Counted from the stretch's first letter, positions 9,687 through 19,289 are shown. The stretch is 64,000 nt of DNA from Spirochaetaceae bacterium (GCA_965224705.1 OZ245056.1:736001-800000); one strand, 5' to 3'. The notes: generated by a model from the letters alone, not told the origin. Made by a program: numbers and translations.

Positions 9687-10369
9687 TCTGCAATTCCAAA
9701 ACGGTAGCCCAGACCGTAAATCGTCTCCAGGATAGTTTTATCGGCACCTGCATTTTCAAGTTTCCGGCGAATTCTCTTTATATGGCTGTCCACCGCTCGT
9801 TCATTGATGAACTGATCCTCAGGGAAGGCGGCATTGTACAATGAGGATCTGGTGCACACTATTCCCGGTGAACCGGCCAGTTCCCGGAGCAGACGGTATT
9901 CACTCAGGGTAAAAACCAGTTCCTGACCATTCCAGAAAGCCTTGTAGCTTCCCGGGAACAGGGAAAGAGATCCCAGTTCAAGGGGAGCGTCGTCAGAAGT
10001 TTCACTTTCGGCTCGTCGGAAAACAGCTTTGATCCGGGCAATCAACTCCCGGATACTGAATGGTTTTCCAATGTAGTCATCTCCCCCTGTTTCAAGACCC
10101 ATTATCCGATCCAACTCCTCATCTCTGGAAGAAAGAAAAATGACAGGCGTTCGCGTATCTGTACTTCTGAGTAACCGGCAGAATTCCAGCCCGTCCATGC
10201 GAGGCATCAAAATGTCCAGGACATACAAATCGGGAGGATTCTTCCGGTATGCATCCCAGGCAGCCTGTCCATTTGGATATGTTGTTACCTGATATCCTTC
10301 CTTCGTCAGTGCATAGCCAAGATTGTCCCGAATGGTGCTTTCATCATCTACTACTGCTATATGCTTCAT
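9683..10369 (-). CDS. OmpR-family response regulator (CreB/ChvI-like)
   Basis: VVDDE, LDILMP, KPF receiver motifs; winged-helix DSHIKRIRRK and YGLGY. Start at 10369 (ORF extends to 10378). Confidence 0.92.
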   Translation of the reverse strand: MKHIAVVDDESTIRDNLGYALTKEGYQVTTYPNGQAAWDAYRKNPPDLYVLDILMPRMDGLEFCRLLRSTDTRTPVIFLSSRDEELDRIMGLETGGDDYIGKPFSIRELIARIKAVFRRAESETSDDAPLELGSLSLFPGSYKAFWNGQELVFTLSEYRLLRELAGSPGIVCTRSSLYNAAFPEDQFINERAVDSHIKRIRRKLENAGADKTILETIYGLGYRFGIAE

Positions 10370-10430
10370 AATCATCATTATATAGTATTTGTCTGAATAT
10401 TTTCACAGAATTGACAGAAAGGAAAACATT

Positions 10431-10478
10431 TTCCTGCCTTGTTTCTGCCATTTCTTTGCCCGGTTCTTAAACTATACT
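10431..10478 (+). promoter_or_regulatory. creD promoter with three 11-bp-phased direct repeats
   Basis: ttcctgcc / tttctgcc / tctttgcc with TGCC at 10435, 10446 and 10457, then TATACT at 10473-10478. Confidence 0.5.
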
Positions 10479-10510
10479 TAACGCATATCATTCTTAAGGA
10501 GAAGATTTTT

Positions 10511-11827
10511 ATGGGTACATTTCTTAAAGGAGCAGGTTCATCGTCTGTCGTCAGGATTCTTCTGATCATGGTGATGGTACTGCTGTTTCTCATCCCCCTG
10601 AATATGGTTGCTGATTTGATGAAGGACAGGAATCATCGGGCATCGGCTACGGCAGAAGAAGTGATTAATGGGGTCGGGGGAAGACTGGAATTCATCGGTC
10701 CCCTGTTCATTATTCCCTATACATCTGCCAAAATTGATTATCTGGGTATAACACGTACCACTCAGAACGAACTATATGTACTGCCGGACACCTTTCTTGC
10801 TGATGGAATTATGACAGCTGAGTACCTGTCCCGCGGGATTTACAGAATCCCGGTATACAAAACAAAACTGGAACTCGCCGGAACGGTCACCCTGCCATCC
10901 CCGGAGGCATTTCCCCAGGACGTCATCGTTCTTAACGATGAAGTTCGAATGGTTACCGGAATCAGAGACATGTTCGGAATACGAAATACGACTGATTTCA
11001 TATGGGAGACCGGCCAATATCCATTCAAACCGGAAGTTGGAAACTCGTTCATTGAATCGGGGCTTGCTGTAACCGGGCTTTCATTGCCGACTGACAGGCA
11101 ATCCGTTGAGTTTTCCTGGACGATGGAGATTGACGGCGGTGACAGTGTTTCCTTTCTACCCCTTGGGCGGGATTCTGAGTTATTACTTGAGGGGAACTGG
11201 CCTTCTCCATCGTTTCAGGGTGCAAGACTTCCAGATACCAGATCCTGGGACAGCGATGGGTTCCAGGCACAGTGGAGGATTCCCGAAGTGAGCCGCTCCA
11301 TTCAACCGTACTGGAACTCCGATGATGATACACAGGCAAATCTCAGGGATCATTTGATAAGGATTGAACTCCTTGAAACTGTGGATTCCTATCGTCAAGC
11401 CCTCCGATCAGTACGGTATGGTATATTATTTCTATTGATTCCCTTTGCGGTATTCCTGTTCGCTGAATTCTCCAGTAAAGTTAAATTTCATCCACTCCAG
11501 TATTTTCTTGCTGGAGCGGCGAATATAGTCTTCTTCGTATTGTTGCTGGCCCTCTCGGAACACTGGGGTTTCGATCCTGCCTATCTGACCGCCTCTACAG
11601 CAGTAACATTGCTGCTTGTCTTCCATGCAGGAAACCTTACAAAGAAACGAACTCTGGGCTGGGTGATGCTTCCGGTTCTGGCGGGGGCCTGGCTCTGGCT
11701 CTGGGTAAGTCTTCAATCAGAAGACTACGCCTTGCTGATCGGGGCCATTGGACTGTTTGTTATAACAGCCCTGATGATGGTGCTTGCCCGAAAAATCAAC
11801 CTGACGGAGGATCAATCTGAAGCATAA
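10511..11827 (+). CDS. creD: Inner membrane protein CreD
   Basis: LIPL N-terminal TM, RGIY.IPVY, NWPSPSFQG..LP, HPLQY, LLALSEH and SEDYALLIG motifs; AAGGAG RBS. Confidence 0.92.
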   Translation: MGTFLKGAGSSSVVRILLIMVMVLLFLIPLNMVADLMKDRNHRASATAEEVINGVGGRLEFIGPLFIIPYTSAKIDYLGITRTTQNELYVLPDTFLADGIMTAEYLSRGIYRIPVYKTKLELAGTVTLPSPEAFPQDVIVLNDEVRMVTGIRDMFGIRNTTDFIWETGQYPFKPEVGNSFIESGLAVTGLSLPTDRQSVEFSWTMEIDGGDSVSFLPLGRDSELLLEGNWPSPSFQGARLPDTRSWDSDGFQAQWRIPEVSRSIQPYWNSDDDTQANLRDHLIRIELLETVDSYRQALRSVRYGILFLLIPFAVFLFAEFSSKVKFHPLQYFLAGAANIVFFVLLLALSEHWGFDPAYLTASTAVTLLLVFHAGNLTKKRTLGWVMLPVLAGAWLWLWVSLQSEDYALLIGAIGLFVITALMMVLARKINLTEDQSEA

Positions 11828-11865
11828 CGGCCTGATCCGGGAAGGAATGGGAGGAGTAACTCACC

Positions 11866-12441
11866 CTGTTTGACAGAATACAATCCCGACTGACGGAACG
11901 ATTCACAAAAATATGGGTCCTCCTGTCGGATACCGATCGCTTCGTTGCCCGTGCAGGATTGATGAAACGCTATGAATCTGTGCTTCGCGAATGGCGAAAC
12001 TCCATTAAGAACTCCCGCAATGACCCGGAAAGGATTCGGAAAATACGAAATGATATTGTTGCCTTCAGGCAGGCAAGACGCATGGAGGGGTGGGAGTTAC
12101 GTCTTGGATCACTGGATGTTCAGTTGAAGGGATTTCGCAGCGATGATGCCATGGGATCAGGGTTTCGCCGGATGGTTTTAATGGTTGGGGAAGGTGGAAC
12201 CGTTCATTTTCATACAGGTTCTGCAAACCATACTCAATTGGCAGAAGAGCTTGATCAGAAGCTCAGACGGTTCTCACAATCAGAACCCCTGGAGCCGCAT
12301 TATCTCTGGTATCGACGCTTTGAGGGCGTTATAGAGCTTGCTGGTGCGGATTCACAGCCCAGAAGTTCTCATGAACGGCTGCAAAACTACATATCCGCGC
12401 ATAAATCTGCACTTGTAAAAGCAATGCTGAATCATCTTTAG
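11866..12441 (+). CDS. Hypothetical protein, possible CTG start
   Basis: ORF track gives 11959-12441, but the frame is open back to 11860 and a strong GGGAGGAG (11849-11856) precedes an in-frame CTG at 11866. Confidence 0.7.
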   Translation: MFDRIQSRLTERFTKIWVLLSDTDRFVARAGLMKRYESVLREWRNSIKNSRNDPERIRKIRNDIVAFRQARRMEGWELRLGSLDVQLKGFRSDDAMGSGFRRMVLMVGEGGTVHFHTGSANHTQLAEELDQKLRRFSQSEPLEPHYLWYRRFEGVIELAGADSQPRSSHERLQNYISAHKSALVKAMLNHL

Positions 12442-12519
12442 CTTCAGGCAGGTCAAAAAAACTTAAAACCCGGTAATGATCGTCTTGTCAAAGCATCTGC
12501 TGTTGAGTCATTATATCCT

Positions 12520-13503
12520 GTGGATTCAAAATATAAGACATTGCTGGAATCTACGGTGATGTTTTCCAGCCTTACTTCAGATGATATGGATATCATCCTC
12601 TCTCTAAGTGATCAGATGAAGTTCAAAGATGGGGAGAAAATATTTCATATCGGCGACCCTTCAAATCAGTTTTTCATCGTTGCTGAAGGAGAAGTCACCA
12701 TCAGAACAGGTGAGGATTTAGGGCATCAAACAGATATTGCCCGTTTTTTGGCCGGTGACAGCTTTGGTGATCTTGAATTTTTTACGGCCGAAAAACGAAC
12801 GGCCAGTGCCATAGCTGTGGGTGAAACTCAGCTGCTGGGATTTCCTGACGAAAAGACAACTCTCTCAGAAATCATGGAGAAATGGCCAACTATAAGTGCC
12901 CGGCTTCTCCATGGTTTTTTGGTCCGCATATCATCCAGAATTCGCAAGGCAAATACCTTTGTCAAAAGCAATTCTCTTCTGGTTCAGGAACTCAAACGCC
13001 AGGTCTATGTTGACAAATTAACTGGTTTGTATAATAAAGTTTTTTTCGAAGAAACTCTTGGTAAACTTATGAAAAGTGAATCCACAGTTGGACTTCTTTT
13101 CTACAAACCAGATAACTTCAAAAAAATAAACGATGAGTACGGACATGAGGCAGGTGACAAAGTTCTTGAATTCATTGCCGGGGTTCTTCGAAAAAATGTT
13201 CCAGATCAGGATTTGCTTTTTCGCTACGCAGGAAATGAAAATGTGATAATACTCCCTGGAGCCACACGGAAATCTTTACGGGAACTGGCCGAAAGCACCC
13301 TTACACTCTTGAAATCACTCGATCTTTCATTGATTCTTCCTGGCATTGATTTCTCTCTTTCAGTAAGTTTTGGACTGTCTTTATACCCGGATAACAGCAG
13401 AGATATGACGGAACTCGTTGAAACATCCCATGCACTCATAATAGAGGGACGCTCTCGAGGAGGCAATCTCATTCTATCTCCAGAGACCAGGCGTATCTCA
13501 TGA
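12520..13503 (+). CDS. cNMP-binding domain plus degenerate GGDEF domain
   Basis: cNMP cassette GDSFGD..RTASA; DKLTGLYN, FKKINDEYGHEAGD; signature degenerate (RYAGNEN). Confidence 0.88.
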   Translation: MDSKYKTLLESTVMFSSLTSDDMDIILSLSDQMKFKDGEKIFHIGDPSNQFFIVAEGEVTIRTGEDLGHQTDIARFLAGDSFGDLEFFTAEKRTASAIAVGETQLLGFPDEKTTLSEIMEKWPTISARLLHGFLVRISSRIRKANTFVKSNSLLVQELKRQVYVDKLTGLYNKVFFEETLGKLMKSESTVGLLFYKPDNFKKINDEYGHEAGDKVLEFIAGVLRKNVPDQDLLFRYAGNENVIILPGATRKSLRELAESTLTLLKSLDLSLILPGIDFSLSVSFGLSLYPDNSRDMTELVETSHALIIEGRSRGGNLILSPETRRIS

Positions 13504-15641
13504 CAATTGACGCCCTCAATAGCCTGGATGTATTTACAACCTTAACCCCGGATGAAGTCTCTCGAATTTATAACAAGATGGAACATCATGATGTACCTGC
13601 AGGTGAGGTTCTTTTTCATGAAGGCGATCCTGGTAGTTTGATGTACATTGTCCAGTCCGGAAAAGTGGCCATAACAGTCAGCGTCAGTGATGGCGAAGAT
13701 ATTGAAGTGTCACAAATCGGAGAAGGCAGTTTCTTTGGGGAGATGTCAATCTTTGAGAAGGATGTCCGTTCCGCGACATGCCGGGCAATTGGGAAGTGTT
13801 CTTTACTTTCCCTGGATGAAACAGCTTTCCATGCCATTATGGAGGAGGAACCGAAAACTGCGATCAAAGTAATGCAGCAGATGCTCAATACAGCGACAAC
13901 ACGTTTACAGAACACGGACGGCTTCTTATCCGATTTGGTGAAATGGGGAGAGGAGTCCAGAATCAGGGCTGTCACGGATGATTTCACCGGTCTTTACAAC
14001 CGGCGTTTCTTTGATGAATCTCTTGAGAAAGCGGTGGCCGTATCAAAGAAGAATAATGTGCCTCTGTCCCTGGTTATGATGGATCTTGATAGATTCGGGA
14101 CTTTGAACAAAGTGTATGGTGAAGCCGTTGGTGACGAAGTTCTCCTTGCCATTATACCAGTCTTCCGCAGTGTTTTCGATGAATATGATATTCTTGTTCG
14201 TTACGGCGGAGATGAATTTGCGTTTATTCTGCCGGGTAAAGATGGTAAAACAGCTGTGGAACGATGCTTGAAAGTAGAAGGATTGCTTAAAAAAATCGAT
14301 ATACTGGATAAACTGAATGGCTCATTCAAGGTTATCAGTGGAAGTATCGGAATAGCTCAATGCCCCTTGCATGCAAAAACAACCCGAGACTTACTTGATA
14401 AAGCAGACAGGGCACTTTACGAAGCAAAAGAGGCAGGACGAGGACAGGTATCGCTCTTTGGCGAAAGCACGCTCCGGATGAAAAGAAAACTTCCAAACAA
14501 CTGGGTTAAGAATGCCCTGCTTGATTCATTTATTAATGCAATCTGTTCCAGAAATAATTTTCTGATTACCGGGCACAGGAATCCAGATCCAGACTGTATA
14601 GCCTCCTGTGTTGCATTCAGTCTCATCCTGGCCAAATTTTCAAAGAAAACGTCTGTCATCATCAATGAAGAGCATAAGAATGACTTCATCCACCTGGTCG
14701 ATCTTTGCCAGTCCAAGAATATACAACTGATAGAAACTCCTGAGGAGCTTGAAGACCACTATGATACCATTGTTATTCTTGATACACCAAAGCCCTCAAT
14801 GCTGGAATTCAGAGATGAGGTTCAGTCTCTCACAAAGAAAAAGGGTACTGTGTCGATGGAAATCGATCATCACATAGACGCAGATGGAACTTATATTGGA
14901 AACAAGGACTACTGTCTGGTTGATGCTGTTGCTTCAACATGTGAATTAATTGCTCATCTTTCACTTCGATTGTCAAAGAAATGGAGACTGTTGAAGCAGA
15001 TGAGTATAGGAAAATTGTTTACTCAGGATTTGCTCATGGCCGTTGTCACGGGAATAATGAGTGATACACATATGGGAAAGTCCATCAGCAATCGCATTGA
15101 AAAACGACATTATGTGACCTTTGAAAAACTTCTCAATCAGTCTCTTATCAATCCCTCTGAGAGTAATGACAAACGCCGAATATCTTCATCTCAGGATATT
15201 GCTGATCAACAAGGTTTACTGACAGAAGATGCAAAGGAATGCTATGAAATCTTTTCCAGGAATATTCAGAACAGGAATGGCATCTCGTACGTCGCCCTTA
15301 ATGAAAGCATCTCTGATGACTTATTTGAGCAGTTTGAAAAAAAGACTGTTACAGAAGTGGCAAAGTACACATCAAACATTCTGGCTGAAGACAATGGTTC
15401 TTTTTCTCTGGTTGCATTCTATGATTACAAAGCTGAATCCGATTTAATACAGCTTCGGATGCGGAGAAATCTCGATTTCTCCGGGCTGGATCTTCGCAGA
15501 ATCCTTGATCGATTTAAAATCGAAAATGGCGGCGGCCATGAAGGGGCCATCGGTTTTCGAGTCCCCCGATCTCAGATAACAGATCTGGAGGCATTTGTAG
15601 AGATGATACTTTTTGGGGCCATGGATTCAATCCGTCAATAA
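13500..15641 (+). CDS. cNMP-binding - GGDEF - DHH/DHHA1 phosphoesterase fusion
   Basis: FFGEM..RSAT; DDFTGLYNRR, RYGGDEF; DHH motifs GHRNPDPDC, ILDT, IDHH, STCEL, GIMSDT, GGGHEGA. ATGA overlap with the upstream gene. Confidence 0.88.
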   Translation: MTIDALNSLDVFTTLTPDEVSRIYNKMEHHDVPAGEVLFHEGDPGSLMYIVQSGKVAITVSVSDGEDIEVSQIGEGSFFGEMSIFEKDVRSATCRAIGKCSLLSLDETAFHAIMEEEPKTAIKVMQQMLNTATTRLQNTDGFLSDLVKWGEESRIRAVTDDFTGLYNRRFFDESLEKAVAVSKKNNVPLSLVMMDLDRFGTLNKVYGEAVGDEVLLAIIPVFRSVFDEYDILVRYGGDEFAFILPGKDGKTAVERCLKVEGLLKKIDILDKLNGSFKVISGSIGIAQCPLHAKTTRDLLDKADRALYEAKEAGRGQVSLFGESTLRMKRKLPNNWVKNALLDSFINAICSRNNFLITGHRNPDPDCIASCVAFSLILAKFSKKTSVIINEEHKNDFIHLVDLCQSKNIQLIETPEELEDHYDTIVILDTPKPSMLEFRDEVQSLTKKKGTVSMEIDHHIDADGTYIGNKDYCLVDAVASTCELIAHLSLRLSKKWRLLKQMSIGKLFTQDLLMAVVTGIMSDTHMGKSISNRIEKRHYVTFEKLLNQSLINPSESNDKRRISSSQDIADQQGLLTEDAKECYEIFSRNIQNRNGISYVALNESISDDLFEQFEKKTVTEVAKYTSNILAEDNGSFSLVAFYDYKAESDLIQLRMRRNLDFSGLDLRRILDRFKIENGGGHEGAIGFRVPRSQITDLEAFVEMILFGAMDSIRQ

Positions 15642-16094
15642 CGACGGGTGTACGGATGAGTGACCGCATTCCCCATGCGTTATTGCTTCCCGTAAATAAT
15701 CCGGCAGCGGTGTTGATTTTTCTGCCCTGTAATTGATCCAGACCATTTTGGAGTCTCCAGTTGCATACAGAGTGTTATCAGTTCCCTTGATTTCATACCA
15801 GGTCATTAAGCTGCTTGTTCCGGGGTCACCAACATACAAATGCACGAGAAGAGTGCATGGGTATACTATCTGCTTGAGAAATGTGCAGGATGCATTAATG
15901 ATAACCGGGCCGGTTTCTGACTGCCCGTCTATTGCTCCGAGATAACCGATTTCTCCCAGCCATTTTATGCGGGCTTCCTCACAATAGCCGAAGTATTGTG
16001 TATTGTTTATATGACCCAGAGCATCCATGTGTCCCCATGGAGGTGAAACAGAGTAGATGTAAACCTTTCTGGCATTGGGCGGAGGAAACTGCAT
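15627..16094 (-). CDS. Acyl-CoA thioesterase (4-HBT/YbgC-like hotdog fold)
   Basis: MDALGHINNTQYFGYCEEAR motif. Confidence 0.88.
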   Translation of the reverse strand: MQFPPPNARKVYIYSVSPPWGHMDALGHINNTQYFGYCEEARIKWLGEIGYLGAIDGQSETGPVIINASCTFLKQIVYPCTLLVHLYVGDPGTSSLMTWYEIKGTDNTLYATGDSKMVWINYRAEKSTPLPDYLREAITHGECGHSSVHPSLLTD

Positions 16095-16145
16095 TTAGGA
16101 AGTATAACCGAAGAGTTTCTGCAGCTCAAGAGTTCATGCGAGTTC

Positions 16146-16174
16146 TTGACACCCGTCAGGGCTGTATGTATAAA
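16146..16174 (+). promoter_or_regulatory. Sigma70-type promoter of gatCAB
   Basis: TTGACA (16146-16151), 17 bp, TATAAA (16169-16174), 5 nt before the gatC ATG. Confidence 0.55.
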
Positions 16175-16179
16175 ATCTC

Positions 16180-16464
16180 ATGCTCAAAGAAAATGATGAA
16201 TGGATAATAACAGCAGAACTTGCCGGATTGGAGCTTGATGAAGCCGAAGCCGAACTCCTTGCAGAGGATGCGGAGAAAATGCGGGAGCTTTTTCTTACGA
16301 TGTCACAGGCTGAGGTGGATGATCTTGAACCTACAACTCATGCACTCGTTTCCGAGAATCGTATACGTCCGGATATAAATCAACCATTCGAGAATACAGA
16401 ACAGTTGATTGAAGCGGCTCCCGAAGAAGAAGATAACTTCTTCCTGATTCCCAACGTACTCTAG
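16180..16464 (+). CDS. gatC: Asp/Glu-tRNA amidotransferase subunit C
   Basis: Small acidic protein (TAELAGLEL, LEPTTH, FFLIPNVL) directly before gatA. Confidence 0.88.
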   Translation: MLKENDEWIITAELAGLELDEAEAELLAEDAEKMRELFLTMSQAEVDDLEPTTHALVSENRIRPDINQPFENTEQLIEAAPEEEDNFFLIPNVL

Positions 16465-16473
16465 GCGATACTT

Positions 16474-17868
16474 ATGACTCAGTATTTAGAACAGTGGTCC
16501 AGGATATTACAGAATGCCGACAGTGCACGGAAATACGAAGAAGAAGTCAGGAAGATTGATTCCACGCTGGGATGCTTTCTAAGTTTTAATCCTGACTATC
16601 CCGGAAATAAAGAGGGCATCAGTGGTCCATTGAAGGGTGTGCCCATTGCTGTGAAGGATAATATAGCTGTCAGTGGAAGATCCCTTACCTGCGGATCAAA
16701 GATCCTTGAAAACTTCATCGCCCCCTATTCGGCAACCGCCGTTGAGAAACTGGAAAAATCCGGAGGAAGGGTTGTCGGTAAAACCAATCTTGATGAGTTT
16801 GGAATGGGTTCTTCCAATGAAAACTCGGCTCTGGGTGAAACTGTTAATCCATGGAACCAGGCAAAGGTGGCAGGTGGATCCAGTGGAGGAAGTGCGGCGG
16901 CAGTTGCAGCGGGCCTTGTTCCATTAGCCCTTGGTTCGGATACAGGGGGATCTGTTCGTCAACCTGCGAATTTCTGCGGAATATACGGTCTTAAACCAAC
17001 CTATGGTTCCATATCCCGTTACGGGCTGACTGCATACGCTTCATCTCTGGAAGTGATTGGTCTCATGACCCGAAATCTTCCCCTCTTAAGGGAAAGCTTT
17101 AACATTGTACGTGCTCTGGACGAGCGGGATCAAAGCAGTGTTGCTGCCAGGGCAATGCCCGCAGGAACAAAGAAGGCAGCCGTTCTCAATGTTGACAGGG
17201 GCTCCCTGGATGAGGCGGTTTACAAATCATACATCACCGCCGGTGAGGTTCTTGCTGAAGAAGGCTGTCAACTGACCAACATCAATTTACCGACTCTTGA
17301 ATATGTTCTGCCATCCTACTACACAATTGCAACCGCTGAAGCCAGTGCCAATCTTGCACGCTTCAATGGTATGCGATACGGAACAGCACCGGATTTCGCT
17401 GAAAACCCTCTGGAACTGATGAAAAAAGCTCGCCACGAAAGTTTCGGGCCGGAAGTGAAGCTCCGCATCCTGCTGGGGACCTATGTCCTTCGATCAGGCT
17501 TCCAGGATCAGTATTACGGAAAAGCCCAAAAAATACGAACACTGATCCGCCGGGAACTCGCCGACGTGTACAAAAATTTTGACCTTCTGCTTATGCCGGT
17601 ATTTCCTACACAGGCCTTCGACAGAGGCAAGTCGGGTATGGACGATTATCAGCAGCGTATTGCCGATATCTTCACCTGTCTGGCCAATCTTGTCGGCATC
17701 CCCTCCCTTGCGGTTCCCATGGGCGTGGAAAAAGGTTTGCCCACAGGCGTACAGTTTATGGCACCGGTTTTTGCTGAAGAGAGACTGTTTCAGACAGCCG
17801 AAATCTTCGCCCGGCATTTTCCCCTGCCCGCCCCGGATCGTTTTCTGGATATCGGGAGCCTGTCATGA
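16474..17868 (+). CDS. gatA: Asp/Glu-tRNA amidotransferase subunit A
   Basis: AVKDNI, GKTNLDEFGMGSS, GGSSGGSAAAV, GSDTGGSVRQPA amidase signature. Confidence 0.96.
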   Translation: MTQYLEQWSRILQNADSARKYEEEVRKIDSTLGCFLSFNPDYPGNKEGISGPLKGVPIAVKDNIAVSGRSLTCGSKILENFIAPYSATAVEKLEKSGGRVVGKTNLDEFGMGSSNENSALGETVNPWNQAKVAGGSSGGSAAAVAAGLVPLALGSDTGGSVRQPANFCGIYGLKPTYGSISRYGLTAYASSLEVIGLMTRNLPLLRESFNIVRALDERDQSSVAARAMPAGTKKAAVLNVDRGSLDEAVYKSYITAGEVLAEEGCQLTNINLPTLEYVLPSYYTIATAEASANLARFNGMRYGTAPDFAENPLELMKKARHESFGPEVKLRILLGTYVLRSGFQDQYYGKAQKIRTLIRRELADVYKNFDLLLMPVFPTQAFDRGKSGMDDYQQRIADIFTCLANLVGIPSLAVPMGVEKGLPTGVQFMAPVFAEERLFQTAEIFARHFPLPAPDRFLDIGSLS

Positions 17869-19289
17869 AGCAGCAGTATGAAATCTTCATCGGGCTGGAA
17901 ATCCACATACACCTGAAAACTCGATCCAAGATGTTCTGCAGCTGTGCGGCAAGGTATGGCGATGAACCCAATACCAACGTTTGTCCTGTCTGTCTTGGAT
18001 ATCCTGGCGCACTGCCACAGACCAACGGGAAGGCCCTGGAATTTGCTTATCTTGTGGCCACAGCCTTGAACTGCCGCACGGCAAAAAAAACTTCCTTTGC
18101 CCGAAAAAACTACTTCTATCCAGACATGCCCAAGAACTACCAGATTTCCCAGTTTGAAGATCCCATAGGAGTTGGGGGACGTGTTACCGTCGATTTCGGA
18201 GAAACAGGGGAGAAAGAGATCCGCATCCATGATGTCCATCTTGAAGAAGATGCAGGTAAAATGATCCATGCAGGAGATGCAACCCTGCTTGATTTTAACC
18301 GTGCGGGATATCCACTGCTTGAAATCGTTACCGAACCAGATCTCAAAAGCGGAGAAGAAACTGAAGCCTTCCTGAGAAATTTCCAGCGGCTGGTTCGCTA
18401 CCTTGGTGTAAGCGACGGAAATATGGATGAAGGATCCATGAAGTGTGATGCAAATATATCCATTAATCATCCTGGAAAAGGACTGGGTACCAAGATTGAG
18501 CTGAAGAACATGAACTCTCCCCGCTTCGTTCGACTGGCCTTAAACCATGAGAAGGAAAGACAGGCGGGCATTCTGGATGCGGGCGGCACTCTGGTTCAGG
18601 AAACCCGACTGTGGAATGAAAACAGAGATACAACTGAGACTATGCGCCGGAAGGAGGAAGCCAATGACTACCGCTACTTCCCGGAACCCGATTTGCCTCC
18701 CTTCATTCCGGATCCTGAATTTCTGGCACGCATCCAGAACAATCTGGTAGAACTTCCTCTGGCCCTCAAAAAGCGGCTTATCGGGACTTACGGCCTCAGC
18801 CTTGAACAGGGAGAATTCATCCATGACGATGCCGCCTGTGCAAAGCTGTTTGAGGAAACAGTGGCATTGGGTTCTTCTCCCAGGAACACAGCAGCCTGGC
18901 TCTCATCAGATGTGCGGAAAATTCTCAATCGGGACAACTTGGAAATAGATGCATGTCCTCTTACTCCCGGCAGATTTCATGAGCTGCTTTCCCTGATTGC
19001 CGATGGAACCATCAGCGGCAAGATTGCCAAGAAAGTTCTGGAGAAGGTTTTCCAACAGGATGAATCCCCCTCTTCTATAGTGAAGGCAGAAAATTGGGCT
19101 CAGATCGTGGATCCTGACAGCATTTCCCTGATAGTTGACAGGGTAATTGAAAACCATCCTGAAGTGGTTCAGGCAATACGTGATGGAGACAACAGACAGC
19201 GCGGCTGGCTGATGGGTCAAATAATGAAATTGTCCGAAGGCAAGGCTTCCCCGGAAATATCAGGAAAAATCCTGGACAGGAGCCTGTAG
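17865..19289 (+). CDS. gatB: Asp/Glu-tRNA amidotransferase subunit B
   Basis: IGLEIHIHL, RKNYFYPDMPKNYQISQ, HLEEDAGK, YRYFPEPDLP. Confidence 0.97.
   Translation: MKQQYEIFIGLEIHIHLKTRSKMFCSCAARYGDEPNTNVCPVCLGYPGALPQTNGKALEFAYLVATALNCRTAKKTSFARKNYFYPDMPKNYQISQFEDPIGVGGRVTVDFGETGEKEIRIHDVHLEEDAGKMIHAGDATLLDFNRAGYPLLEIVTEPDLKSGEETEAFLRNFQRLVRYLGVSDGNMDEGSMKCDANISINHPGKGLGTKIELKNMNSPRFVRLALNHEKERQAGILDAGGTLVQETRLWNENRDTTETMRRKEEANDYRYFPEPDLPPFIPDPEFLARIQNNLVELPLALKKRLIGTYGLSLEQGEFIHDDAACAKLFEETVALGSSPRNTAAWLSSDVRKILNRDNLEIDACPLTPGRFHELLSLIADGTISGKIAKKVLEKVFQQDESPSSIVKAENWAQIVDPDSISLIVDRVIENHPEVVQAIRDGDNRQRGWLMGQIMKLSEGKASPEISGKILDRSL

Noticed and set aside
17855..19289. gagcctgt at the 3' ends of gatA and gatB as TIR relics
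   Set aside because: Only 8-9 bp, with no associated core or partner end; could be chance.
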